NCBI GenBank assembly: GCA_964543475.1
Contig: CAZIYJ010000012.1
Span: 25,951 to 89,950 of the forward strand
Direction: 5' to 3'
Origin: an uncultured Bdellovibrionales bacterium
GTDB taxonomy: Bacteria > Bdellovibrionota > Bdellovibrionia > Bdellovibrionales > JAMPXM01
DNA length: 64,000 bases
Positions 10,565-20,143 of the stretch are shown here, one piece after another. The notes under the pieces were generated by a model that saw nothing but the letters and a program-made list of their open reading frames with translations, was not told the origin of the DNA and did not search any database. Within the stretch, counting starts at the first letter, position 1, and each line of letters begins with the position of its first letter. A program made the translations under genes and the position numbers.

Positions 10565-11602
10565 ATGTCTGGTCAATGGAGCTCAAGTCCCACAATCAAA
10601 CAATACCTCGAACTTCTTGGTGTGACTGAGACAGCATCAAAAGAGGATCTAAAAAAAGCTTATCATCAACGTGCTTTTCTTTACCACCCTGACCGCAACG
10701 ATGACCCAACTGCGGTTGAACATTTTCAGAAAATCAAAAAGGCATACGAGTTTTTGATTGATCCAGTGCAAGTGGCACTGATTAAACAAAATCATTTAAA
10801 GGAACGTCTCTTTGATAATTGTATCGAAGGAATTCAAATTAGTTTTGGGGCATTTTTTGGTCATCGCGTCTTCGTATCGGGACCAGCTGCCGTGCCAAAG
10901 GAACGGCGACTTGGGAATGACCCCGGTGCCGACTCTCCCACAAGTAGCGAAAGCACGACTGTCTATATTGAAGAAGATAAATCAATCTTGGATAACGCCG
11001 GTTATGACTCAATTGAAGTGGTCTACGCGGGGAAATTCAATTCTGAAGACGAAGAACGCTTGGTTGCCGATGGCAAGGTTACTCGGCATGGGCAACTTCC
11101 TTGGGTAATTTTGAACAATAAAGGAATACTCGACTTTCTTGACGAAAAGTATGAACGATCACTTAGCTGCTACGAAGAGCTGAACGAGCGAATTCCAAAC
11201 AATATTATTTTTCTTTACCGTGAAGCAATTTGCTTAATCATTCTTGCCTTTAAAAACCCAGAGCGAAGCCTCTTCGGACATCGCCCAGCGAAGCGCAATA
11301 TTCAAAAAGCCGTTCAACTGCTAAGGCACTGTATTAAAATTGGCGAGAGCCGTTCTGTGGGAAAGCAGAAATGTTTGGTGATTCGAAAGACTTTAGCCGA
11401 CGTTCTAGAGAAGGTTGGACAAAAGCGAAATTCAAAAAAAATCTGGAAGGAAATTTCAGCGCTTCAGCCAAACTCCGCCGAAGCCCAATTTAAATCTGGC
11501 AACAGTAAGCAGGCACGAGAATTAATTCGCTCAAATAAAAATGCGGAAACCGCGAAAAAGAATTTGAGTCGGTCCCTGCTTTTAAGTCGGGGAAAGTTCT
11601 AG
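10565..11602 (+). CDS. J-domain (DnaJ-like) protein with helical/TPR-like C-terminal region
   Basis: Canonical J domain YLELLGV...KKAYHQRAFLYHPDRN...FQKIKKAYEFL with an intact HPD motif. It starts 9 nt after the Hsp70-like gene. Confidence 0.8.
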   Translation: MSGQWSSSPTIKQYLELLGVTETASKEDLKKAYHQRAFLYHPDRNDDPTAVEHFQKIKKAYEFLIDPVQVALIKQNHLKERLFDNCIEGIQISFGAFFGHRVFVSGPAAVPKERRLGNDPGADSPTSSESTTVYIEEDKSILDNAGYDSIEVVYAGKFNSEDEERLVADGKVTRHGQLPWVILNNKGILDFLDEKYERSLSCYEELNERIPNNIIFLYREAICLIILAFKNPERSLFGHRPAKRNIQKAVQLLRHCIKIGESRSVGKQKCLVIRKTLADVLEKVGQKRNSKKIWKEISALQPNSAEAQFKSGNSKQARELIRSNKNAETAKKNLSRSLLLSRGKF

Positions 11603-11766
11603 TTAACTTGCCAGCAGACCAACGTAAGTCCCGCTTCAGGGGCTAATTCCTTAGAAACTAGTCGGGACAATTGTCGATATTGAAGGCCTCGACTCTGTTA
11701 ATGCCTCTTCACAAAAGAGAAAATTTAGTTTCGCACAAAAGCATAGTGATACAGGAGGTAGTGCTT

Positions 11767-12480
11767 ATGCTTCATACGCTTACGAATGGATTCGTTGCGC
11801 TTGGACTAATGGCTGGGCTCTTGACTGGCTGCGGATCACAAGAAGCATTCAGCTCCGTAAAACCACCCGCTCCTCCTGCTTCTCCAGGCAAATCCGATTT
11901 GCTTTCGCCATCTTTAGATGAGCAGATCCTTTCAAAATATAGCCACTTCGATCCAAAGCGATTGATTAATACTAAATTGCTCAAAGCAGCTACTTTGTAT
12001 TTCCATAAAAACAAGAGTCAGTTTGCAAATCAAAAGGCACTTACGATTATCGATTTCTCGATTCACAGCTCAAAAAAGCGTTTTTATTTGATGAACGTCG
12101 CCACTGGTGAGGTCTGGAACACCTACACTGCCCACGGCGCCGGTTCAGATCCGGGCTCGTTCGATGATAGCTCGGGGTTTGCAGAAGTCTTCAGTAACAC
12201 TCCACAGTCGAATGCGACTTCAATTGGGCCCTACATGACCGACGTCACCTATCAGGGCAAGCACGGCTACTCACTGCGCTTAAAGGGCCTAGCTAGCACG
12301 AACTCTAATGCCTATTCACGAGCGATCGTCATTCATGGTGCAAGTTATGTTTTGGATGAGGCTCGCAAACAAGGCCGCAGCCAAGGCTGCCCAGCGCTTC
12401 CGATGGAGTATCACGAAAAAGTAATTGATCTCATTAAAGGCGGAAGCCTTATCTATGCTGGTGCAAGCGCAAAGCTTTAG
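11767..12480 (+). CDS. L,D-transpeptidase catalytic-domain family lipoprotein (YkuD_2-like), paralog 2
   Basis: AGGAGG lies 8 nt before ATG 11767. Lipobox LLTGC. Shares HFDPKRLINTKLLK, TIIDFS, HGAGSD, GYSLRLKGLASTNSNA, AIVIHGASYV, KQGRSQGCPA and IKGGSLIYAG with paralogs 1 and 3. Confidence 0.75.
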   Translation: MLHTLTNGFVALGLMAGLLTGCGSQEAFSSVKPPAPPASPGKSDLLSPSLDEQILSKYSHFDPKRLINTKLLKAATLYFHKNKSQFANQKALTIIDFSIHSSKKRFYLMNVATGEVWNTYTAHGAGSDPGSFDDSSGFAEVFSNTPQSNATSIGPYMTDVTYQGKHGYSLRLKGLASTNSNAYSRAIVIHGASYVLDEARKQGRSQGCPALPMEYHEKVIDLIKGGSLIYAGASAKL

Positions 12481-12504
12481 GATTCGTTAGTCGTCCCCAG
12501 ATAT

Positions 12505-13149
12505 TTACGTACCTTTTGATACAATCTGAAAATCCGCGCTCTCAACTCCTGAGTGATTACGGATCGCATGAATCAGTTCAGTCAGATCCTGGTCTAATGG
12601 CAACTTGAGAGTTGCCGTCTTTTTTAGATCGTTGACACTGATGATTTCTGATTTCGACCCTGAAGCAACAAGCCCGGCCACCTCTGGGGATTTCACTTTC
12701 ACAATCACATTGCCAGTCACGACTCCCAACTCTCCATCTGTTTCGTTGATCACGACAGGAAGTTTATTTAAAGTTACAAAAAATCCGTCAAATCGAGATT
12801 CGTCCTCAGCTGCGAAGACGATGAAATCATCTTTCTTGGCCAGATATTTTCCCATCTCTTTTTTGTAATCATCAGCTTTAATTGCAAACGCCTGAGCCAA
12901 AAGATAATTGCGATGCTTGACCTTCAGAATGCGCTCTGGCCAGACAGCTAACTTGTTATTGTTCGCCACCAAGCGCTTCTGAGACTTACTCTTTAAATTT
13001 AATGCATTAGAACTAAATGATGCACCTGTTACCGCACTCGAATAGTAGGCGCTGCCTGTGCCATCGCTTGCCTCAGAGGTTTGACGATCGACCAGCATCA
13101 GCAGAACTAATGCCGTGATCACCACTATGTAACCGATGATTGATTTCAT
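12505..13149 (-). CDS. Hypothetical secreted/anchored protein
   Basis: AGGAGGTG RBS before the ATG. N-terminal hydrophobic helix. No family recognised. Confidence 0.45.
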   Translation of the reverse strand: MKSIIGYIVVITALVLLMLVDRQTSEASDGTGSAYYSSAVTGASFSSNALNLKSKSQKRLVANNNKLAVWPERILKVKHRNYLLAQAFAIKADDYKKEMGKYLAKKDDFIVFAAEDESRFDGFFVTLNKLPVVINETDGELGVVTGNVIVKVKSPEVAGLVASGSKSEIISVNDLKKTATLKLPLDQDLTELIHAIRNHSGVESADFQIVSKGT

Positions 13150-13336
13150 GATTCACCTCCTATTTACCTAGTGTACTTCAGGAAAATGGAGGTTTTTGGC
13201 TGGAAGGAAACTATCTCGATCTTCTAAACTTCGTTTGCCGATTATAAGGCGTAAGAGCGGATATCGACGGCCACGAATTCTAATCAAAGAAGAGTGGCCA
13301 TCTTTTAGACGAAACTGATTTTATGCCCAGGAGAGC

Positions 13337-13948
13337 TTATAGGCCGTTATCGTAAACAGTGATGCGAGTTCGCTCAACGCCAACTTCTTCAACCAAATTC
13401 CAGATCATTTCAGCGTGTTCGTAAGTAACGCGAACACAGCCACCTGATGCACGTGTTCCAAGCTCTGCATAATGATCTTTGCTTGTTGCGTGAATTGCGA
13501 TTCCGCCTGTAAAAAACTGCGCAAATGGCATTGGTGCTTTCCAAGTATAAGAGAAGTGGTCTTTTGAACGGCGATAGATTTTGAAAGTTCCAGTTGGAGT
13601 GCTAGAGAAGTAAGTTCGTCCTGACTTTGCTAATTCTGTCTTTTGACGACCAGTTGAAACCAAAATGTTGCTGATGAGCACGCCGTCTAAGTAAATTTCC
13701 ATCGTTTGTGCAGTCGCAGATGTACCTTGAAGCGACTTATCAACTTTAATGTGCAAACGAGGCTCAAGGTCGTTGAAAAGCATGTTCGAAAGGATTGAAG
13801 ATGCGTCTTCCTCAAGCCCCATCTCTTGAACGAGTTCGTCGGGACTTAAGATGTCTGCCAACACTTGCTGAGTGTCGTTCGCAAGCGCGAGTGTTGAAGT
13901 AAACGTGAACGCTAAAAGAACTAAGAACAAACGAATGTTTGAACGCAT
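13337..13948 (-). CDS. L,D-transpeptidase (classical YkuD domain)
   Basis: Signal peptide present. Catalytic signature GGIAIHATS...GTRASGGCVRV matches H-x(n)-S-x-G-C-x-R. Confidence 0.85.
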   Translation of the reverse strand: MRSNIRLFLVLLAFTFTSTLALANDTQQVLADILSPDELVQEMGLEEDASSILSNMLFNDLEPRLHIKVDKSLQGTSATAQTMEIYLDGVLISNILVSTGRQKTELAKSGRTYFSSTPTGTFKIYRRSKDHFSYTWKAPMPFAQFFTGGIAIHATSKDHYAELGTRASGGCVRVTYEHAEMIWNLVEEVGVERTRITVYDNGL

Positions 13949-14283
13949 TAAGGGATCCTCCGTTGGATGGCGGATTTATAAGTCCGATTGAGCTAAAGCC
14001 GTTAGGAAATTTTGGAAAGTAACTTCTATTTTATTCGAACGTGCAGATGCTACCCGCTCGCCTTTGCCCGCCGCTGGCAAAAAGTTCAGACTTAGAGCCT
14101 AAGACCTCCACCCTAAAAACCATAATTCAATAAGGCACAAGCTTAGTTGGCCAGTGAATCCCAAGACATACGTCCTCGGTTAAAGGGTTCTGGCCTTTGT
14201 TGCAACGTCGACATTTAGCAAACTGAAAGAGCACCCACGCTAAAAACTATTTTTGTCGGCTATAGAACCCTGGAAGGATTCTC

Positions 14284-15045
14284 ATGAATATTCGCTCTTT
14301 TTTGGTGCTCGCTTTTGCCCTTTCAGCAATCGCGTGCGCCCCGGCCTCTGACACTCAGTTCCCGCCCGCAGGCTACGATACGAATGCTCCCGCTCTTCCA
14401 GATGATCCAAGTAAAGAGGGAACAGACCCGTCGGTTGCTCCAGATGAATCTGCTTCACGAATTTCTGATGCGCGATTTGAAACTCCAAACCTTACCAGCA
14501 ACCAAAAATCGCAAGTGCTTTCAAAATACAACTTCATCGATAAAGACAAAACGATTCGCACGTCATTATTAGAGAAAGCAGTTATTTATTACAACGCAAA
14601 CAAATCGCGCCTTAAACGAACTTCAATTCTTACTGTTCTCGATTTCTCACTTCCATCAAATAAAAAGCGACTGCACGTGATTAACATGTCAACCGGGACC
14701 GTTTGGTCGCTACACGTCGCTCACGGTAAGGGTTCAGACTCAAATCACGATGCCTATGCTGAGCGGTTTAGTAATACCTCTGGTTCGAACGCAAGTTCAC
14801 TTGGAGCGTACTTAACGGCTGAAACCTATAGTGGGAGTAATGGATATTCGCTTCGACTTGATGGACTATCATCAACCAACTCAAACGCTCGCCGCCGCGC
14901 AGTCGTCATTCATGGAGCGTCTTACGTCAAAGACTCAAACGTGAAGCAAGGTCGTAGCTGGGGGTGTCCTGCGATTTCGATGACGAACCGAACTAAATTA
15001 ATTGATACAATCAAAGGCGGAAGTTTAATTTTCGCCGGCAACTAA
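14284..15045 (+). CDS. L,D-transpeptidase catalytic-domain family lipoprotein (YkuD_2-like), paralog 3
   Basis: Lipobox SAIAC. Motifs TVLDFS, KRLHVINMSTG, HGKGSD, GYSLRLDGLSSTNSNA, AVVIHGASYV, KQGRSWGCPA and IKGGSLIFAG. Confidence 0.75.
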   Translation: MNIRSFLVLAFALSAIACAPASDTQFPPAGYDTNAPALPDDPSKEGTDPSVAPDESASRISDARFETPNLTSNQKSQVLSKYNFIDKDKTIRTSLLEKAVIYYNANKSRLKRTSILTVLDFSLPSNKKRLHVINMSTGTVWSLHVAHGKGSDSNHDAYAERFSNTSGSNASSLGAYLTAETYSGSNGYSLRLDGLSSTNSNARRRAVVIHGASYVKDSNVKQGRSWGCPAISMTNRTKLIDTIKGGSLIFAGN

Positions 15046-15074
15046 CTTATTACATCTATTGCCTTAAACTTGAT

Positions 15075-15104
15075 GCCCGGTGCCTATGCAACCGGGCTTT
15101 TTTT
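15075..15104 (+). terminator. Rho-independent terminator after LDT paralog 3
   Basis: GCCCGGT (15075-15081), 9-nt loop, ACCGGGC (15091-15097), followed by TTTTTTT. Confidence 0.7.
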
Positions 15105-15293
15105 GCTCCGATTACGCGCACCAATTGTCCACTGACGCAAACCTGACAGCAATTTTTAAAACTTTTCGATTCGTCGTTTGACTCACTCAACTTTGGCCAC
15201 CTAAAGTTTTAGTCAGAGACCGAAGTATAAGCCGAAAATTGGTTCGGCGTTTCTACGGGCCGCCGTAAATGGCCCACTACCGAGGGGAAGAAA

Positions 15294-16199
15294 TTGAGAG
15301 ACGTAGCAAAAAGAGGGGCTTTGCTGCTCGCTTTGTGCGCGCTGTTTACGACAGAAAGCGCACATGCAGGCAAAAACACCTTACAACTTGGAACATTCAA
15401 CATTCGATGGTTCGGCTCTGAAGAGCACGACAAGACCTATCAATTACCGACAACAAAGCTTGAGCGCATTAGCGCAGTAAAAGATTTTCTCGCAAAAGAA
15501 ATGCTTCCTCTTGATGTGGCTGCTTTTCAGGAAATCGTAGATCTTGCAGCCCTAAAAAGTGTTCTTCCTAAAGGCTGGAAGTGTGCAAGCTACAAACATC
15601 CGTTTGCTCTCCACCAGCACGTGGCCGTTTGCGCTTCAGCTACCTACAAACTTGCGAAAGTTCCTTACGATAATGACGGGCTCATTAATGAGCTCGCATA
15701 CTACAATGCTGATCGCGCAAGACCTGCCATCAGAGTCGATGTTGTTAACAAATATAATCAGCGACTTCTTCGAGTTGTTGGAGTGCATTTAAAGTCTGCT
15801 CCGCACTTTGCACTACTGCGGCTAAAGCAGGTTGGTATGATCGGTCGAGATTTAAAAAATGATCCTAATATTCCTATGGTAGTCATGGGCGACTTCAACA
15901 CTTTCTCTGCTAAACAGACCGGCTTAAAGCAAGACGATGTGGACCTCATCAACAATCAGCTAAATCAGTCAGGCGCAGGCTTTAGAAGAATAGGTCACTT
16001 AAACTACACATTTCGAAGCGGTAACGTCCGAGGTCAGTTCGATCACTTCTATGTAAATCGTTTGGTAACAGCAACTTCCGTTCCTCAAGCGTTTTCTGTT
16101 TGCACGAACATTAGAGACGGCGCCGGATACAAGAACGCCAAGCATTACCTTCGATATGTATCAGATCATTGCCCCGTGAGAATGAAAGTCCGCTTCTAA
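15294..16199 (+). CDS. Secreted endonuclease/exonuclease/phosphatase (EEP) family protein
   Basis: TTG start after GAGGGGA. Signal peptide present. Motifs LGTFNIRWFG, VVGVHLKS, VVMGDFNT and C-terminal SDHCPV. Confidence 0.8.
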   Translation: MRDVAKRGALLLALCALFTTESAHAGKNTLQLGTFNIRWFGSEEHDKTYQLPTTKLERISAVKDFLAKEMLPLDVAAFQEIVDLAALKSVLPKGWKCASYKHPFALHQHVAVCASATYKLAKVPYDNDGLINELAYYNADRARPAIRVDVVNKYNQRLLRVVGVHLKSAPHFALLRLKQVGMIGRDLKNDPNIPMVVMGDFNTFSAKQTGLKQDDVDLINNQLNQSGAGFRRIGHLNYTFRSGNVRGQFDHFYVNRLVTATSVPQAFSVCTNIRDGAGYKNAKHYLRYVSDHCPVRMKVRF

Positions 16200-16291
16200 T
16201 TGCTGAAACAATTCGAGTCTATGGGCGTTAGCTCTGCCAGAACGCAAATCTTAGTTGTAGATTCGTCCTTTGTAACCGGAGGAGAACGTCA

Positions 16292-16765
16292 ATGATCGCA
16301 GTAAACACAGGAATCCCAGAGAATAATCGAATTGAAATTGCCAAGGGGCTGTCTAAGTTTCTCGCTGATAGCTACACCCTCTATCTCAAGACTCACAACT
16401 ATCACTGGAATGTAACTGGACCAATGTTCACAACCCTTCACGTGATGTTCGAACAACATTACACTGAACTTGCTTTGGCAGTTGATGTGATCGCTGAACG
16501 GATCCGCGCTCTCGGCGAATATGCACCAGGAAGCTATAAAGCATACGCAAAACTCTCTCAAATTGAAGAATCAGAAGTAGTTCCAAACGCCACCGACATG
16601 ATTAACGACCTTCTTAAAGGTCATGAGGCAGTCTGCCGCACGGCTCGCGAAATTTTTCCGGCTGCAGAGAGCGGCGGAGATGAAGCGACGGCCGACTTAC
16701 TTACTCAGCGAATTCAATTGCACGAGAAAACAGCTTGGATGCTACGCAGCCTTCTCGCTAAGTAG
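16292..16765 (+). CDS. dps: DNA starvation/stationary-phase protection protein Dps
   Basis: 157 aa. Contains [34 protein letters not shown] (ferroxidase-centre region). GGAGGAG RBS. Confidence 0.9.
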   Translation: MIAVNTGIPENNRIEIAKGLSKFLADSYTLYLKTHNYHWNVTGPMFTTLHVMFEQHYTELALAVDVIAERIRALGEYAPGSYKAYAKLSQIEESEVVPNATDMINDLLKGHEAVCRTAREIFPAAESGGDEATADLLTQRIQLHEKTAWMLRSLLAK

Positions 16766-16863
16766 TCTTGAGTAGTAAAAATCAGCATGCTCTAATCTTC
16801 TAGTCTTCAAATTGAAGCGGCCAGCAATGACGCTGGCCCAATGATCTACAAGGGGTTTTTCAG

Positions 16864-17322
16864 ATGAAACGCATTCTATTAGCAGCAGCAGCAGTTGTAC
16901 TCGGCGCTAACTTCGCACAAGCACAAGACGCAGGTTGCGGTCTTGGCTCAATGATCATTCAAGAAAATACAAAACTTATGCAAGTCCTTGCAGCAACTAC
17001 AAACGGTACTGGCGGTCAAATCTTTGCAATCTCTACTGGCACTTCAAATTGCAAATCACAGCAGATCGTTCGCAATGACAAAGCAATTCAGTATTTCACA
17101 GAAGCTAACCAAGCTGACTTAAGCCGTGAGATCGCTCAAGGCCAAGGCGAAAAGCTTCAAACACTTGCTTCTCTTTACGGTTGCCAAGGCGATGCTCAGC
17201 GCGCTTTTGCCGCTAAAGCACAAGCTTCTTACTCTTCAATCGTTTCTTCTTCAGACGTATCTGCTGAAGCGATGGTTCAGAACATGAACAACACTGTTGC
17301 GAGCACCTGCGCATCAATCTAA
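16864..17322 (+). CDS. Small secreted protein, DUF3015-like
   Basis: Signal peptide ending AQA, then DAGCGLGSMI. The size (152 aa) and Cys pattern recall DUF3015. Assignment is from memory only. Confidence 0.4.
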   Translation: MKRILLAAAAVVLGANFAQAQDAGCGLGSMIIQENTKLMQVLAATTNGTGGQIFAISTGTSNCKSQQIVRNDKAIQYFTEANQADLSREIAQGQGEKLQTLASLYGCQGDAQRAFAAKAQASYSSIVSSSDVSAEAMVQNMNNTVASTCASI

Positions 17323-17351
17323 ATCGGCCGAACGCCTTTTTTTCGCTTGAA

Positions 17352-17375
17352 AGCCCACGCAAAGTGGGCTTTTTT
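17352..17375 (+). terminator. Rho-independent terminator after the DUF3015-like gene
   Basis: AGCCCAC (17352-17358), loop GCAAA, GTGGGCT (17364-17370), then a T-run to 17375. It lies inside the ORF-track N-terminus of the next gene, which argues for the later ATG start there. Confidence 0.7.
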
Positions 17376-17382
17376 GCGTCAT

Positions 17383-19287
17383 ATGACCGTGATCCTTCGT
17401 CTAATCTTTTTTACTGTTATCCTAATTCTGCTATCGCCAATCGTTAGCGATGCAAAAGAATCGTTGGCTTCTCGAGAGGGTATCGATCAAGTAAAGAAAC
17501 GCGCCCTAGATACTGCCCTTGCAACTTCACGCGAATGGCTACTGATGAGCCACTATCGCAAAAGAACCATTCTCGGTGGCTATAAGTCTGAAATCGATGG
17601 GAATGATTACTTCCTTGATAAAAACGGACGACTCAACCCCGAAGCTGAAGCCCAAGCAACTATCGAAGCATTCTCACAGCCAGTAGCTACGGGAAACGAT
17701 GAGCATCCGCAGTGTCGCTACATCGGGCGACGAAATTTTCTGTTCGAGCGACTAGCAATTACTGAAATTCCAAAACTTGAATGCCCCGCTCACGCTAGCT
17801 GGAAGAAACAGCTCGATGTCGTAGGTGCATCGATCATTTTTGCGTCGGCGTACTTTGGAAATCCAGCAAGTATGTTCGGGCACACATTTTTAAAGCTCCA
17901 ATCAAAAAACAACCGTCAAGATCGTGATCTTCTGAATTACGGAGTTAACTTTGCAGCCAATACCGGAGTCGACGGCGGTGCTGCTTTTGCAATTCGCGGT
18001 TTGGCCGGAGGATATCGAGGCGAGTTCGGTTTACTCCCCTATCACCAGACCTTAAAGGATTACACGAATCTCGAAGGCCGCGACGTTTATGAGTACACGC
18101 TTAATCTTACCCCTGCCGAACTCGATCGAATGCTTGATCACCTTCTTGAAATTCAGAACACGCATTTCGACTACTATTTCTTAGATGAGAATTGTTCGTA
18201 TCAGCTGCTTGCATTGCTTGAGATCGCAAGACCATCGGTGCATCTCACTGATAAGTTCGTCTACTTCGTCATTCCCGCCGATACTGTTAGGCGCGTAGTA
18301 TCGACGAACCAGCTAGTCGGCGAAATTAAATATCGACCAAGTCTTGTCACAGAACTCTATTCATCTGCCTACGGCTTATCTGAGGCAGAGAAAGTTCTCA
18401 CTCGTGAATTAGTCCATCAGGAAACTCCACCTACTGACTTAGCTAGCCTTCCGGCAATTGATCAGGCGAAGGTTTATGATGGCGCTCTGAGATACGTGAG
18501 TTTGCTTGCGTACGACAAGCCAGATCGGTGGAGAGAACACTCTCATTCGCTTCAAAAGCAACGAGCCGCCCTTGGAGTTCGCTCACCAAGCTCAACGAGC
18601 GAAGCACCGGCACGGCCTGAGCAAGGTCACGATTCATCGCAACTGGCATTAGGTTATGGCGAGCGCGATACGAATACATTTGTCGAGTATCATGTTCGTG
18701 CAGCCTATCATCACCTTCTATCGAACGAGACAGGCTACTTGCCAAGCTCTCACTTAGAAATTTTCAAACTGAGCGGACGTAGTTACATCGACCCAAGCGA
18801 CACACTCCTCCAAGAGATTTCGATTCTTGATATCATGGCTCTTTCGCCTTGGAGTGCTTACTTTAGACCGCTCTCGTGGAAAGCAAACTTTGGAGTTGCG
18901 CGTTTGCCTGATCAACCATTTTCCTCAGCGCTTGCGTTCACAACCACGGCCGGCGTCGGAAACGCTCTTGCCTTTGGCCAGTCACAAAATGTCGTCTGGT
19001 TTTCGTTTCTGCAACTTCACTCAGATTCAGGCGGCGATCTTGAAAAAAACTCTCGCACAGGTGCTGGCGTACAAACGCAAATCCTTATAAAACCATTTTA
19101 TTGGCTAAGAGCGACTGCGGGAGCTGAATACCGAAATTATTTTTTAGGCGGTGAATATAAATTCAGCCGCGCATTTGGCGAAGCCGGACTTTCAATTAAC
19201 CGAAACCTCGAGCTACGCGGCGGCTACAGCCGCACGGCAAACGTTGACGAGGGAAAAGCGGTACTGATTCATCACCTACTCTTCTAG
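17383..19287 (+). CDS. DUF4105 (Lnb N-terminal-like) domain protein with beta-rich C-terminal half
   Basis: Start moved to ATG 17383, after the terminator. MTVILRLIFFTVILILLSPIVSDA looks like a signal peptide. PASMFGHTFLKL and YYFLDENCSYQLLALLE resemble the DUF4105 core. The C-terminus has an alternating pattern like an outer-membrane barrel and ends LIHHLLF. Confidence 0.55.
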   Translation: MTVILRLIFFTVILILLSPIVSDAKESLASREGIDQVKKRALDTALATSREWLLMSHYRKRTILGGYKSEIDGNDYFLDKNGRLNPEAEAQATIEAFSQPVATGNDEHPQCRYIGRRNFLFERLAITEIPKLECPAHASWKKQLDVVGASIIFASAYFGNPASMFGHTFLKLQSKNNRQDRDLLNYGVNFAANTGVDGGAAFAIRGLAGGYRGEFGLLPYHQTLKDYTNLEGRDVYEYTLNLTPAELDRMLDHLLEIQNTHFDYYFLDENCSYQLLALLEIARPSVHLTDKFVYFVIPADTVRRVVSTNQLVGEIKYRPSLVTELYSSAYGLSEAEKVLTRELVHQETPPTDLASLPAIDQAKVYDGALRYVSLLAYDKPDRWREHSHSLQKQRAALGVRSPSSTSEAPARPEQGHDSSQLALGYGERDTNTFVEYHVRAAYHHLLSNETGYLPSSHLEIFKLSGRSYIDPSDTLLQEISILDIMALSPWSAYFRPLSWKANFGVARLPDQPFSSALAFTTTAGVGNALAFGQSQNVVWFSFLQLHSDSGGDLEKNSRTGAGVQTQILIKPFYWLRATAGAEYRNYFLGGEYKFSRAFGEAGLSINRNLELRGGYSRTANVDEGKAVLIHHLLF

Positions 19288-19294
19288 GGAAACA

Positions 19295-20143
19295 ATGAAA
19301 ACGCTGAAGTACATTTTGGTCGCTCTTATTTTTAGCGGGTGCACGAGCGTTTTCTTTCAGCCAAGCAAACGGATATTTCCGGCGTCGTTTGAAAAGAACA
19401 TCGCGCCTCAAGCATTCAGCATTCCTAGCTTTGATCAAACGCCTTTAAGTGCCTGGTACTTCTCCGCTCCAAAACAACCAGCTAAAGCGATCGTAGTACA
19501 GTTTCACGGTAACGCCGAAAATATGACAACACACTTTCAGTCGGTTCATTGGCTTGCAAATGAGGGATTCGATTTAATCACATTCGATTACAGAGGCTAC
19601 GGAAGTTCACCTGGTGACCCAAGCATGACTGAAGTTTACAAAGATGTCGTCGCGACAATTCAATACGTCGACAAACTAGCGATCGAGAAAAACTTAAGCT
19701 TGATTCTCATTGGACAAAGTCTTGGCGGAAGTCTGATGCTTAAAGCGCTTCAAGAAATTCATCCGAAGAAACTAAAAGCAATTGTGATCGAGGGAAGCTT
19801 TTACAGCTACCGACAAATCGCCCGAGAAAAACTTGATCTTTTTGGGGTAACCAGACCTCTCAAGTTTCTATCATCTTTTTTAATCAGTGATATGTACTCG
19901 CCGGGCGGTCAAGAAAGCCTTGCACGGCTTCCGCGTGTACCAAAGTATCTTCTCTACTCCGAGCAAGATCCGGTCGTACCATTTCATCATGGCGAAAAGA
20001 TCTTCAGCGAAATGAGCGAGCCGAAATTCTTCTGGCCTCATCCAGAGCGCGGCCATATCAACGGCTTCTTCATTCAAAATGGCAAACGAAAAGCTGAGCT
20101 TCTTCGTGCATTTGATCAAGCGATGAATTCAAAAATTATGTAA
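19295..20143 (+). CDS. Alpha/beta hydrolase lipoprotein
   Basis: Lipobox IFSGC. HGNAEN oxyanion region and nucleophile elbow GQSLGGS. A late Asp and His (EQDPVVPFHHG, ERGH) are present. Confidence 0.7.
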   Translation: MKTLKYILVALIFSGCTSVFFQPSKRIFPASFEKNIAPQAFSIPSFDQTPLSAWYFSAPKQPAKAIVVQFHGNAENMTTHFQSVHWLANEGFDLITFDYRGYGSSPGDPSMTEVYKDVVATIQYVDKLAIEKNLSLILIGQSLGGSLMLKALQEIHPKKLKAIVIEGSFYSYRQIAREKLDLFGVTRPLKFLSSFLISDMYSPGGQESLARLPRVPKYLLYSEQDPVVPFHHGEKIFSEMSEPKFFWPHPERGHINGFFIQNGKRKAELLRAFDQAMNSKIM

